Shown: positions 1 through 10,477 of the stretch, one piece after another
Position numbering within the stretch: the stretch's first letter is position 1
Layout: each line of letters opens with the position of its first letter
Assembly (NCBI GenBank): GCA_000004985.1
Contig: GG738861.1
Direction: 5' to 3' (one strand)
Length of the DNA: 64,000 nt
Source: Naegleria gruberi
Taxonomy: Eukaryota
The notes under the pieces: generated by a model
Told to the model about the DNA's origin: nothing
The model's database searches: none
Seen by the model: the letters and a program-made list of their open reading frames with translations, nothing else
Made by a program: the position numbers and the translations under genes

Positions 1-48
1 GCAGCTGATAGGTGTAAAGAATCTGTCTCGCCAAAGGCACAATTAACT

Positions 49-2022
49 TTGAGGAATGGAATTGTTTTGATTTATCAAATGATGAGAAATTATGTTCAAT
101 TGTATTGGGATCAAACAAAAGGAAATGTGACAAGTGATAGTACAAATGGTGAAAATTCATTATTTTCTTCATCAGATTTGAGAATACCAACCATTAGTAA
201 TGTTACAGGTGCTTTTAGCAGTGAATCATCACTCAATCCTAATATTACTGTCAATAATAATGGAAATTTAGAATTGATGCCTCCAAATTTTACAAATGAA
301 TTTTTCAAGAATATGGTCAGAATTTTATTATTATCTGGAGATGAGAGAGTTTTCAGGCCTGATGTGATTGAGAGTTCAAACTTTTTATTTGCCTTCCTTT
401 TGAATGATAAATTATATGGACCACTGTTTTTGATTTATATCAATGATTTGAGGAGTAAGTTTAAGAATGTTAAATTATAATTTCTAAATGGAATAGCTAA
501 AAACTCAACCCTAGATGCTGTATTTTTAAATCAATTGGATCGATTATTGTGTTATCAAAAGAGAGAGGAATTACACATTTGTCTTCCATCAGTTTACAGC
601 ATTCTGTGGAGTTTACTTTCCTATAACAATTTTAATAATCAAATCACTCAAGAAATGATACCACAGCGTAAGAATGAAAATAAGAACTTATCAAGTCTAT
701 TGAGTTTATTCCTTCTCCATATAAGTAAATATTCAATTCATACCACCAAGAAAGAGAATGCTCTGAAAATAATTGAAAATACTACTCTCACTAATAATAA
801 GCCACTGATCTATGAATCAATGAGTGAGCTCTTACAATGTATAAATGATCCAGAAAAGAAGGAAGAAGAAGACATGATGAAACGGTACCAATACTCAATC
901 TGTAATTACTCTCTCAAACTCTTATTCATGTTCACCTTGATGAATACTGAATTTAGAAATATTTTCTTCAGTAATCCAAAGGCAGTTCACTTGTTTTGGG
1001 ACATGCTATTGAGTAGAGTTTCACAGGATTTGAGTAAGAATGCATTTTTCAGGTCATTGGACGATCAACAATGGCTTTTGCAGAGCATGCAAATTTTGAA
1101 ACTTCTCTATTTGGCCATACAGAATAATGATATGAGATTCAAGCTATTGACTGAGTTTGTGAGTGAAAAACAAGAGAAGGATCTTTTAGAATCATTTTTA
1201 TATTCGAATGCTAATATGAAAGAGGCAATTGTGTCTGGTAGGCTCTTGTCTTTCATCAAATGGTTGACTGTTGTTTCCATCAATAATATCAAGAAGGAAA
1301 CTGTAAAATATCTAAAGAAGAGTGATGACACTGCCAGCGAAGTAGAAGGAATTGAGGTAGGACCTGTCTCACTTGTGGAACGAGATACCATGGTTTTTGT
1401 TGATAGTGATATTTCCATATTGACCATGAGAATGTTCATTACCATCATTAATAATCACAGAGGCTTATTCTTCAATGAGATGGCAACCATCAACGAGCTG
1501 AATGAGCTGTTTTTATCATGTGTAATTGTTAACATGAGAACTGTAGCCAATATGGCAGAGTATCATTGCGAGAAATTCACTCATCTTCGCTCAAGGCACG
1601 AAAATGTCATTCCATCTGAAAGATTTTCTCAGATTGTAAACTATTTTAGAGAACTTTCAAATATTGCTATTTCCATCATTACAGAAATAGTTCTAAGCAA
1701 ACCAGTTGATGAATCCCCAACAACGCAAGATGAACAGCCTAAACCAGAGGAACCAAGTAGCCCATCCCTACATACAGCTGAAAAGAACAAGCAATTGTTA
1801 ACTCTACACAGATCAATAATGAAATATGAGAAAAGTTTTAGATTTACTAAGGAAACGATGGAGAAAATTCTTAATATCAAGATGCAATTCTCTGTCTTTC
1901 AAACCATACCAACTGGATTGAGTAATTCCGAGGCCACACAATCTGATAATAATTTGATTGACAATTTGATTCAATTGGTAGCATATTGCCAATATTTCAA
2001 GAGTAGATATGGTGATAAATAA
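49..2022 (+). CDS. Hypothetical protein of about 640 aa or more. The 5' end is uncertain and may lie upstream of the window. ORF segments 49..480 and 535..2022 are in the same frame and are probably joined by a ~60-nt intron at about 455..514.
   Basis: The two ORF-track segments share a frame. A GTAAGT donor follows ...INDLR, and a ...ccctag acceptor sits 60 nt downstream, so the intron removes the TAA that ends the first segment. The product is helical and repeat-like with no diagnostic motif I recognise. The ORF-track start is a TTG. In-frame ATGs lie near 70-80. Confidence 0.4.
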
Positions 2023-2082
2023 ATCTCTTGTTGCTTTGAAATGATCCAATTATCATTACTAAAACAATTTCAATATTAAATA

Positions 2083-3069
2083 TTAATCACTCATTATAAT
2101 ATCATTCTCATTAAAATCATCATTAATAAAGCTTCCAAATGGTGCATCAAAATTATGTCTATGTGTTGGAAAGTGATTTCTCAATGACATGTAGCTCAAG
2201 AACTTTCCGTGATGATTTGAGCTTGAATGTTTTGTAAATCTACCAATCAGTGAAGGGTCATTGCTCTTATCGTAGTAAACCCATTTTCTGTGACTATCTG
2301 CCTCGTATGGTGGTGCAATATTGAGACCAAAATAGCCTATGTATTTCCTATCTGGTGGAATACATAGAGTTGCTTTTTCGTCTTGTCCAACTTTTTCATC
2401 AAACTTTAAATCAAAACCCTCCACAAAACACTTTCCTTCATAGCCCTGATAACTGGGAGGATATCCAACTTTTTTCATATTTTCTACATAGGGTGGTACC
2501 TCCTCTCCAGAATCCATATCAAGAGCATAAGCTAATCGATCACTTAATACTTCTCCAGGTTTGAAAAATAAAGGTCCAAAAGTATTGAAATAGTTCTTTG
2601 CAGTATTTGGATTTTCTAATTTTTCCTCAAAAGTATGTACTCTCATAGCAGGTAAATTTCCACTATGTCTTGTTTGTTGACGAGTATTATTATTTTCCAA
2701 AGTCCACTCTTGCGATTCTCTCAATTTATAAATTTCCTGATTTACTTTAGCACTCATCGGTTTTACCTCCTCAACAAAAGTCGAATATACATCCACCTTA
2801 ACATTATGATCATCATCGGAATGATCATTTTCCTCCTCTCCATCCATCATCTTATTCGTTGTTGTATTCACCATTGTCATCATGGAATCAAAATTATTTT
2901 CAATCATGAATTTTTGAATATGTTCAACCAAAGCATCCAACTTTTCCAAATGAATCAGCGAAAAGTTATGAGTCTCTATCGAAACATACGGTAGAAGTAT
3001 TTTATTCCTATCCTCATCATCAATAGCATTTAGAGTTTCATCTCTTCGGAATGTTTTCTCTTGTTGCAT
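2083..3069 (-). CDS. Conserved hypothetical protein of 328 aa with an acidic, Asp/Glu-rich middle region. Function not assigned.
   Basis: Single uninterrupted ORF with an ATG start (MQQEK...). It has a basic/His-rich C-terminal region (KYIGYFGLNIAPPYE...HRKWVYYDKSNDPSLIGRFTKH). It sits in a compact gene context, 60 bp from the stop of the upstream convergent gene. Confidence 0.4.
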   Translation of the reverse strand: MQQEKTFRRDETLNAIDDEDRNKILLPYVSIETHNFSLIHLEKLDALVEHIQKFMIENNFDSMMTMVNTTTNKMMDGEEENDHSDDDHNVKVDVYSTFVEEVKPMSAKVNQEIYKLRESQEWTLENNNTRQQTRHSGNLPAMRVHTFEEKLENPNTAKNYFNTFGPLFFKPGEVLSDRLAYALDMDSGEEVPPYVENMKKVGYPPSYQGYEGKCFVEGFDLKFDEKVGQDEKATLCIPPDRKYIGYFGLNIAPPYEADSHRKWVYYDKSNDPSLIGRFTKHSSSNHHGKFLSYMSLRNHFPTHRHNFDAPFGSFINDDFNENDIIMSD

Positions 3070-3270
3070 TTTTTCTAAATTTTAATGCAAAACACAAATT
3101 TCAATTTATTATTATTTTCTTAACCTGCATTCTCTAAATTATTTTCGAAAAGTAGATCGCTTTCAGATAACACAATCAAATAGCAAATTTGGTATTCAAT
3201 ATTAAATCCTCCTGTACTCCAATCAGGAAGGCACATTCTTCATATCAACTCCATCACAAAAGTGTAAAAA

Positions 3271-4216
3271 ATGAATAATAACGGTCATGCAGCCATGATG
3301 AATAATCCTCAAGCCAAAATACCCGAAATGAAGGTTGTACTGGTTGGAAGTGTGGGTGTAGGAAAAACCTCGACAGTTCTCAGATTTATACATGATACGT
3401 TTCAGGAATATATTGAAACAACAATAGGGTAGGTTTATGATTTTTTGCAAAACTTTACATGTGTGTGATTTCATTCTTATTAGAGCATCCTTCTTATCTA
3501 AAATTTTGCCAATTGATGATAAATTGATCAAATTCAATGTTTGGGATACGTAAGTTTTAAATAGTATTATTTATAGTATTTAATTGTGTGTGTGGATATG
3601 TAGTGCCGGACAAGAACAATATAGAGGTTTGTTTTTAATTCAATTTGTGGAATGTAGTACTGAACAAGAATAATATTTGATCATTATCAACATTACGATA
3701 ATTAACAACAATAATAATAACAACAAATTGGAAAATAATTATTATTATTACAACTAATTATTGACAGCCCTTGTACCATTGTATTTTAGAGGATCCAATG
3801 CAGTCATTGTTGTGTATGATATTACAAGACAAAAAACATTTGACGATGCAAAGAATTGGGTCAAGGAATTAGGAGCCCATGCACCAGAGGATGTTGTAAT
3901 TGCAGTAACAGGAAATAAATCAGATTTGGATGATTTACGTGAAATTGAACGACACCAAGGAGAAAGATATGCCAAAGAAGTTGGAGCTATTTTCAATGAA
4001 ACATCAGCAAAAAGTTCTAGTGGTGTTGCAGATGTCTTTTTGAGATTGGGACGAGCTTATTTGAAACAACAAGAACAAGACAAAGCTCCACCTTCAAATA
4101 CAGATGAAAAACCAATTAAATTGGATACTGATAGACCCCCAGAAAATAACTCAACCAATAATAATAGAAATAATAACAATAATAGTGGAGGTGGTTGTCC
4201 ATGTGGAGGAAAGTAA
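3271..4216 (+). CDS. Rab5-family small GTPase (Rab5/Ypt51/Rab22-like). Four exons, with the 3' exon at about 3768..4216.
   Basis: Exon 1 (~3271..3428) encodes the P-loop GSVGVGKTS. Exon 2 (~3484..3549) encodes KFNVWDT. A 23-nt micro-exon (~3604..3626) encodes AGQEQYR. Exon 4 encodes ALVPLYFRGSNAVIVVYDIT...KNWVKEL...GNKSDL...ETSAK and a C-terminal CPCGGK prenylation-type motif. Introns start GTAGGT, GTAAGT and GTTTGT and end in AG. Strong similarity to Rab5 switch and G-box motifs. Confidence 0.8.
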
Positions 4217-4386
4217 TTTTCTGAAAGAGTGCGAGATTGTAAACTGTGAGAAGAAACTTGTACATCACATTAGTTCAAATTCATTGTCAGAGTTTGAACA
4301 CTCCTTGATTTTGATTACTGACATACTTGTAATCAAAATCTACCATAAATTTACTGTATAATAATATCCTTTAATTTATTATTAAA

Positions 4387-6102
4387 TTATTGAACTGACT
4401 GGGAAAGAATTAATAAATGGGATTGGAGGGAACGAATGGTTTGGTCAATTACAACTCTATCGCCAGCTTCCTTCATCCAATCACCCAAAACAAATGACAA
4501 ATCAGCATTGTCCTTTGTTTCACATACCTTAACAATCTCCACTAAAGCTTCTTCTAATCTTCTATGTTTCAAATAATATTCAGCACGAGAAAGTGAAGCA
4601 TTCACAGAGTCACCTTCAGCCAAACCTTGTTCTTCAATAACAAATACAGAGGCAATCTTTGAGAAAACAAAACCAAAGAATCCAGCCTTTGGTGGTGCCA
4701 AAGATGATGTCAAGGCTCTCTTCTTAACAGTGGCAAATCTGTCACGTAACTCTTCCAATGTACAAGCACCCTTTGTTGCAGTATTATCATCAATTAAACT
4801 TAAAGTTGTTTGAACTAATTCGTCTTCCTTTGAAATTTGTCTCAATTTTTCTAATTCCTTCTTGAATCCTTGTTTCTTATTTTCAGCAGCATCCTTAAGA
4901 GAAATAATAGCTGTTGTGTATTCTTGAATCTTGAGACTGTCGTTAATATATCCAATTGAAGAATTAAATGTTTGTTCCAATTTTTGGAGATGTTCTTCAA
5001 CTTGTTTCAATTGTTGATCCTTCTTGGCAAGATGAGAAGCATAAATAGAACCAACTTCAGTTGCTTGTTCCTTCAAGGATTTGGCCATATCTTCTTGGAG
5101 TTTAATCTTTTCATCATTTAATTCTCTTTGGAGTTTTTCCTTTATCAATTCCAATTCAGTTTGTTTGGCAGATAATTGAGTCGACATCTTTTCAACTTCA
5201 AGTTTAGTTTCTTGTTCAGAGAGTGTTTGGATCTTTAAGACTTTGCTATCATAATCTTGTTGAACTTGAGTGAGAAGCTTTTCCTTTGCAGCCAATTGCA
5301 TTTCAATTTGTTGAATACGGATAACAAATTGTTCTCTTTCTTGAACACTAACTGGTCCTTCATTGGATTTCAAAGTAGAAACGTCAACTTGAGTAGAGGT
5401 GTGTTTGGCAAAATTATCAATGGATTGTAAAAGTTCCTTCTTTTCATTTTGGAGTTTTGATAATTCTTGTTGAATTGATTCTTGAGAAGTTTGAAGAGAA
5501 GAAATTTTTTGTGAGATGGTTGATTTTTCACTATGAATTGATGAAAGTTGTTCTTGGATGGTACCCAATTTGAATTCAATTTGTCTCAAATCAGTTTCCA
5601 ATTGTGATTCCAAAGCAGATGTTTCAGAAGAAGCTTTCTTATTAAAATGTTTGATCTTTTCTTCTCTATCTTTTTCAGTGTCATTTTGTTGGAAGGAGGT
5701 AGTTGATGAACCAGCTGTATATTGATTGAGTAATGATTGTTGTTCAGCAACTTGTTTTTCCAAAGTACGAAGCTTTTCAATATCATCACGAAGATACATC
5801 AAAACACCGAGAGCACCTGCGGAAATAACCATACCACCAACAAGGAATTTAAATAATAAAGATGGTCCAGATTTGCTTTCTTGTCCTCCTCTAGTATTTG
5901 AAGCAACAGATTTTAATTGTTCATTCTTGTTATATTTAACTGATTCTGGTGCTTTTGGTGGTTGATTAAGAACGCGTGAAGTTTTTGAGAAATTAACAAC
6001 AGATGTTAAAGCCTTGTTATTCACAAGATTTAAAGTACTTCTTCCACCGATAACTTGTTTCACGACGGTACGTGATGATGATGAAGAAATTGCTTGTTTC
6101 AT
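4387..6102 (-). CDS. MICOS complex subunit Mic60 / mitofilin-like protein: N-terminal presequence plus one TM helix, a long coiled coil, and a C-terminal mitofilin domain.
   Basis: N-terminal S/T/R-rich region. Predicted TM helix LLFKFLVGGMVISAGALGVLMYL. About 350 aa of heptad-rich coiled coil. Conserved C-terminal block ...LEELRDRFATVKKRALTSSL...GFFGFVFSKIASVFVIEE...AEYYLKHRRLEEALVEI... is typical of Mic60/Fcj1. Confidence 0.55.
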   Translation of the reverse strand: MKQAISSSSSRTVVKQVIGGRSTLNLVNNKALTSVVNFSKTSRVLNQPPKAPESVKYNKNEQLKSVASNTRGGQESKSGPSLLFKFLVGGMVISAGALGVLMYLRDDIEKLRTLEKQVAEQQSLLNQYTAGSSTTSFQQNDTEKDREEKIKHFNKKASSETSALESQLETDLRQIEFKLGTIQEQLSSIHSEKSTISQKISSLQTSQESIQQELSKLQNEKKELLQSIDNFAKHTSTQVDVSTLKSNEGPVSVQEREQFVIRIQQIEMQLAAKEKLLTQVQQDYDSKVLKIQTLSEQETKLEVEKMSTQLSAKQTELELIKEKLQRELNDEKIKLQEDMAKSLKEQATEVGSIYASHLAKKDQQLKQVEEHLQKLEQTFNSSIGYINDSLKIQEYTTAIISLKDAAENKKQGFKKELEKLRQISKEDELVQTTLSLIDDNTATKGACTLEELRDRFATVKKRALTSSLAPPKAGFFGFVFSKIASVFVIEEQGLAEGDSVNASLSRAEYYLKHRRLEEALVEIVKVCETKDNADLSFVLGDWMKEAGDRVVIDQTIRSLQSHLLILSQSVQ

Positions 6103-6548
6103 TTTTTAGCCTTTTTGGTGGCATCACACATTGTTATCATCAAGGAGAGTGAAGTACAGATAGCTGGTAATATTTATCAAATAATATTCCTAGTATATGA
6201 TGAGTGTTTTCTTGTTCACTCATAGTAATCCATGAAAGAGTTATTCTGTCAAGCCAAGTTATTTGATGGCTTGGGAACAAGCCTTTGCCAGAGTGTTTTG
6301 CTTTAGCATGGAAGAAAAACTATTTTTAAATTTTAAAAACAGAATCACAACATCAAAAAAATTAAGTGGATCGATCACGGAATACATTCCTTCTCATCTC
6401 ATACACTCTAAATATTTGGTCGGGTTGTTGTATTGTTATACATAGTATTTGTAAATTGAAAAACACAGCAAGACTTTATCTTTAAAGGAAGAATATACAT
6501 CAAGATTGGATCACAAGAATTTTCTGTAAATTATAAACAAATAATACA

Positions 6549-7847
6549 ATGGACGAACTAGGACTCTCCAAAAAGAAACAATCCACAGGAGGTGATAAGG
6601 ATCAAATGGATGTTGATACTGAAAGCACCCAAGTCGATTTAAAGAATACAGAAGACGAATTGAGTATTTTGCTTAAACCATTGCAAGATATTACCGAGCA
6701 AGACCTCTACAAAAAGCTTAAACACATCGAAAGTGAACTTGAATTTAATGATATCCAAGAAGAATATGTCAAATATGAACAAAAGAACCTCAAGAGAGAA
6801 TTGATGAGAGCAAAGGAAGAAGTTAAACGTATCAAATCTGTTCCTCTTGTTATTGGACAATTCTTGGAAATGATCGATCAAAATAGTGGTATCATCTCAT
6901 CAACAACAGGATCTTCAAGCCATGTCCGTATCTTGAGTACTATTGATAGAGAACTTCTTAAGCCAAATGCTTCTGTTGCTCTTCACAGACACTCCAATGC
7001 ATTGGTTGAAGTTTTACCACCAGAAGCTGATTCAAGCATACAATTGGTGTCAGCTGATGAACGTCCAGATGTTACCTATTCCGATATTGGTGGTTTGGAT
7101 ATTCAAAAGCAAGAAATCAGAGAAGCTGTCGAACTTCCACTTACACACTTTGGATTATATGAACAAATTGGTATTGACCCACCTCGAGGTGTTTTGCTTT
7201 ATGGTCCTCCTGGTACAGGTAAGACAATGTTGGCTAAGGCTGTTGCTCACCACACTACTGCTGCTTTCATCAGAGTTGTTGGTTCAGAATTTGTACAAAA
7301 GTATTTGGGTGAAGGTCCAAGAATGGTTCGTGACGTTTTCAGATTGGCTCGTGAAAATTCACCTGCCATTGTTTTCATAGATGAAGTTGACTCAATTGCT
7401 ACTAAACGTTTCGATGCTCAAACTGGTGCTGATCGTGAAGTGCAACGTATCTTACTTGAATTGCTTAATCAAATGGATGGTTTCGACCAAACCACTAACG
7501 TTAAGGTTATCATGGCTACAAACAGATGGGATACATTGGACCCTGCATTGCTTCGTCCAGGTCGTTTGGACAGAAAGATTGAATTCCCACTTCCAGATCG
7601 TAGACAAAAACGTCTTGTTTTCCAAGTTTGTACAAGCAAGATGAATTTGGGTGAAGATGTTGATTTGGAAGATTTTGTGTCTCGTCCAGACAAGATTTCA
7701 TGTGCTGAAATTACAGCCATTTGTCAAGAAGCAGGTATGCAAGCTGTGAGAAAGAACAGATATGTTGTTACTTCCAAGGACTTTGAAAAGGGTTACAAGG
7801 CTCACGTGAGAAAGACGGACGGAGAACACGAATATTTATTGAAATAA
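6549..7847 (+). CDS. RPT3: 26S proteasome regulatory subunit 6B (Rpt3 / PSMC4), an AAA ATPase. Single exon.
   Basis: Near-collinear identity to the PSMC4 family. N-terminal ...[31 protein letters not shown]...[14 protein letters not shown]...[47 protein letters not shown]. Walker A is [16 protein letters not shown]. Walker B is IVFIDEVDS. Also [18 protein letters not shown] and a C-terminal ...EHEYLLK. Confidence 0.9.
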   Translation: MDELGLSKKKQSTGGDKDQMDVDTESTQVDLKNTEDELSILLKPLQDITEQDLYKKLKHIESELEFNDIQEEYVKYEQKNLKRELMRAKEEVKRIKSVPLVIGQFLEMIDQNSGIISSTTGSSSHVRILSTIDRELLKPNASVALHRHSNALVEVLPPEADSSIQLVSADERPDVTYSDIGGLDIQKQEIREAVELPLTHFGLYEQIGIDPPRGVLLYGPPGTGKTMLAKAVAHHTTAAFIRVVGSEFVQKYLGEGPRMVRDVFRLARENSPAIVFIDEVDSIATKRFDAQTGADREVQRILLELLNQMDGFDQTTNVKVIMATNRWDTLDPALLRPGRLDRKIEFPLPDRRQKRLVFQVCTSKMNLGEDVDLEDFVSRPDKISCAEITAICQEAGMQAVRKNRYVVTSKDFEKGYKAHVRKTDGEHEYLLK

Positions 7848-8163
7848 ATAAACTGTACAAATACTATTCAATACAAGCATAATTTATGACACAATTGGTG
7901 TATGATTAAGGCCAGAAAACTCAATACATTCATACTTTGGTTAAAACCAAATAATCTTGAAACAAGTCCTTTAAATTGATCTCTTTCAATACAACAATGT
8001 ATTGGCTATTGAAATGATATTCATCTTTAACATTCTTAAACAGAATGTCAATAGCCAAATTCAGAATGTTGTATTCTACACACAAATCAGTAATAATCCA
8101 TTCTTCATACGAAATCTGATGAATTGTATTATTCAATATACTGAAGTATTGTAAAACACTTGA

Positions 8164-8179
8164 TGTATCGCGCGATACA
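8164..8179. promoter_or_regulatory. Perfect 16-bp palindrome TGTATCGCGCGATACA about 230 bp upstream of the secreted-protein ATG. It is a candidate transcription-factor site.
   Basis: The motif is self-complementary over all 16 nt. Its CGCGCG core is conspicuous in ~65% AT DNA. Confidence 0.3.
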
Positions 8180-8407
8180 ATGAAATCAATTCCCCTCAAA
8201 CCTCAAATCATTTCCTCTCAATCCTCTCCAATACAAAACATCAACCTCAGCAACAAGCTCTTCTTCAGCATAAATTATTTACAATACATTTTCGAATACA
8301 CTCACTCTTGTATTATTACTCAAAATATCAATAAACATCAAACGAATTTCAATAAATTTCAATCATTGGATTCTAAACTCAATCTTCTCAATTCAAAAAA
8401 AAACAAA

Positions 8408-9295
8408 ATGTTGTTGAACAACTCTAAGAACACTAGAAGAAACATTCTTCTTGGCTTGGCCTTGACTGCTGCCATTCTTGTATTGGTTTTTGTAGGTTCC
8501 ACTGAAGCTGCCGCAGCTAGAAAAGCAACTGCAAGCAGACCAACTCCAAAAAAGACAACTAGCTCCACAACAGCTGGTAGAAAGCCTGCAGCTACTGCAA
8601 CCCCAAAGAAGACAACTGCTTCAGCAACCAATTCAAGAAAGCCTGCCTCAACTGCTTCTAATAGAGCTAATACTAGAGCAGGTGCCAATTCAAGAAATGG
8701 AAATGCCAAACAACCTGCCACAACTGGTGGTCGTAGAAGAAATGGAGCTGCAGCTGCTTCCAAAGGTGCTGCCAATAGTGGTGGTGGTCTTTCAAAGTGG
8801 CTCAATACTGCTAAGAATGTCATTAGTAATAATCCAGATCTTGTCAATCAAGCTAAGGATTTTGCTCTTAATAAGATTACTGGTGCAGGAGGTGGTTCAT
8901 CTTCTAATGAAAATGGAGAAGAGCAACAACAACAACAACAATCATCTGCTTCTGAACAATCATCAAACAATGGTAATTCTCAATCCGAACAATCATCTGC
9001 TTCTGCTGAACAATCCAATGCTGCTGCTGCCTCTGAACAATCAAACAATGGTAATTCTCAATCTTCTTCATCTTCATCTTCTTCTGCAAATGGTGCTGCT
9101 GAACAATCAAATGCTGGTAATAGCAATAATAATAATAATAATAATAATGGTGGAAGTGAATCAAATTCTCAAGTTGCAGTCAGTGGAAATCAAGGTAGAG
9201 GAAAGCAATCAAGAAAGTTCAGAAATGGATCTGTCAAAGTTAGAGGTGGAAGAAATGGTGCTCCAATTATTCTCAAGCTCAAGATTTATGCTTAA
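8408..9295 (+). CDS. Secreted or membrane-anchored low-complexity protein. Signal/anchor sequence, then a basic Ala/Thr/Pro/Lys-rich block, then a Ser/Gln/Asn/Glu-rich repeat region with a poly-N run.
   Basis: The ORF-track segment is 8180..9295, but the first plausible ATG is at 8408 (MLLNNSKNTRRNILLGLALTAAILVLVFVGSTEAAAA), which looks like a signal peptide or anchor. Repeats of (K)KTT..S.T..GRKPA are followed by repeated SASEQS(N)NGNSQS units and NNNNNNNNGG. Confidence 0.5.
   Translation: MLLNNSKNTRRNILLGLALTAAILVLVFVGSTEAAAARKATASRPTPKKTTSSTTAGRKPAATATPKKTTASATNSRKPASTASNRANTRAGANSRNGNAKQPATTGGRRRNGAAAASKGAANSGGGLSKWLNTAKNVISNNPDLVNQAKDFALNKITGAGGGSSSNENGEEQQQQQQSSASEQSSNNGNSQSEQSSASAEQSNAAAASEQSNNGNSQSSSSSSSSANGAAEQSNAGNSNNNNNNNNGGSESNSQVAVSGNQGRGKQSRKFRNGSVKVRGGRNGAPIILKLKIYA
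8890..9160 (+). repeat. Coding tandem repeats (SASEQSxNGNSQS units, a CAA/CAG run, and an AAT9 run) inside the secreted-protein gene.
   Basis: Repeated ...tctgcttctgaacaatcatcaaacaatggtaattctcaatc... units. Also (caa)6 at ~8925 and (aat)9 at ~9125. Confidence 0.6.
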
Positions 9296-9552
9296 TTGTT
9301 GTAAACTTGACAGAATGTGAACATTCATGATCAAAAAAACCTTGTAAAATAAAACTTTGATCTCTCTTAATTCGCCAGATACTAGTAGAATATTGCCGAA
9401 ACTTCAAAACTATTCCAACAGAAAAAACGAAACTTTCAAAAGAGCTCACAGTTTTTATCCATCACCTCCACCATCAGTAATGAGTGCAAATACAGCATGT
9501 GGACCAATTATGTGAATCATCTCCCGCTCGATTCTTTTTTTTGTGTTATTGA

Positions 9553-9582
9553 GCGAAAATTGCTTGAGAGGCAATTTTTCGC
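9553..9582. promoter_or_regulatory. Inverted repeat or hairpin (11-bp arms, 7-nt loop) between the secreted-protein gene and MPC1.
   Basis: GCGAAAATTGC-ttgagag-GCAATTTTTCGC. The arms are complementary. It lies ~260 nt downstream of the upstream stop and ~180 nt upstream of the MPC1 ATG. Confidence 0.25.
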
Positions 9583-9763
9583 GTTTTCTTCTAAGAACTG
9601 AATCAAATTGTTGATCAAACAACGCAACAAGAGAAAGCAAGTTGCAACACTTGTTAGTTGGGGAGTTTTTTTGTTCTCTTCATTTATCGGGCAAATTAAT
9701 AGAAAAACAAACACAACATAAGCTCACTCAGTTGAGGTAAAAAATAGAGAAAAAATAAAAAAC

Positions 9764-10292
9764 ATGATTGCTAATCTCTTTCGTAGGTTGTGGGAGTCTC
9801 CTGTAGGTAGGTAGTGAAAGTTTGAGCTGTTGGAATGTTGAGGATTTGATGATTTAAAATAATATTTTGGATTATATATGATCATATTGTATGATTGGGT
9901 GATGTTACATGTAAATGATGAAAATATTTAGGATTAAAGACTACTCACTTTTGGGGACCATTCTGTAGGTATTTCTAACTCGTGTTCACAATTTCCTTAA
10001 TATATAATTTCTGCTTCGGAATGGTCTAGTTAACTGGGGAATCGTTATTGCTGGTGTTATCGATCATGATCGTCCACCAGAAAAGGTCTCTGGACCAATG
10101 ACCTTTGCCTTACTTTGTTACAGTGGTATCTTTATGAGATTTGCTTGGGTTATCATTCCAAGAAATTTACTCATGCTTTCAATGCACGTTGCTAACTCTG
10201 GTGTTCAAGGATATCACTTGACTAGAAAGATTAACTATGAATTGAATAAACCAAAGGAGGTTCCTTTGGCATCTGTACAAAAAGAAAACTAA
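9764..10292 (+). CDS. MPC1: Mitochondrial pyruvate carrier subunit MPC1. Three exons at about 9764..9806, 9932..9964 and 10030..10292.
   Basis: The spliced product is ~MIANLFRRLWESPVG-LKTTHFWGPF-FNWGIVIAGVIDHDRPPEKVSGPMTFALLCYSGIFMRFAWVIIPRNLLMLSMHVANSGVQGYHLTRKINYEL..., about 112 aa. It aligns along its whole length with human MPC1 (...[70 protein letters not shown]...). Exon 2 is a 33-nt micro-exon. Donors are GTAGGT. Confidence 0.75.
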
Positions 10293-10477
10293 CTGTATAA
10301 ATTATGTAACATTGAAATAAATTACTAAGATTCTAATTGTTCAAAAGAAATCAGTTGTGTTTTTTCTTATTGTTAAGAATTATTTCTTAATTTTGGATAA
10401 CTTCTGTTTAAGGGAATTAATAAATTAATATTTTTACTGATCTAATTTTACAACTCGAGAGTATATAACAACTGTTA

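Noticed and set aside
1107-2049. Antisense ORFs of 60-180 aa inside large genes, for example 1107..1448 -, 1641..1880 -, 5370..5789 -, 7469..7720 -, 20044..20382 -, 31525..32578 -, 48025..48558 -, and 53301..53690 -.
   Set aside because: They are embedded opposite well-supported conserved coding sequence and have no recognisable products. They are typical chance ORFs in AT-rich DNA.
8359-9320. Additional long ORFs in alternate frames and on the minus strand (8359..8847 -, 8682..9320 +, 8904..9164 -) overlapping the secreted repeat protein gene.
   Set aside because: They are artefacts of the low-complexity (GCT/GCA/CAA/AAT) repeats, which stay open in several frames. Only the frame with the ATG, signal peptide and coherent repeat units is credible.
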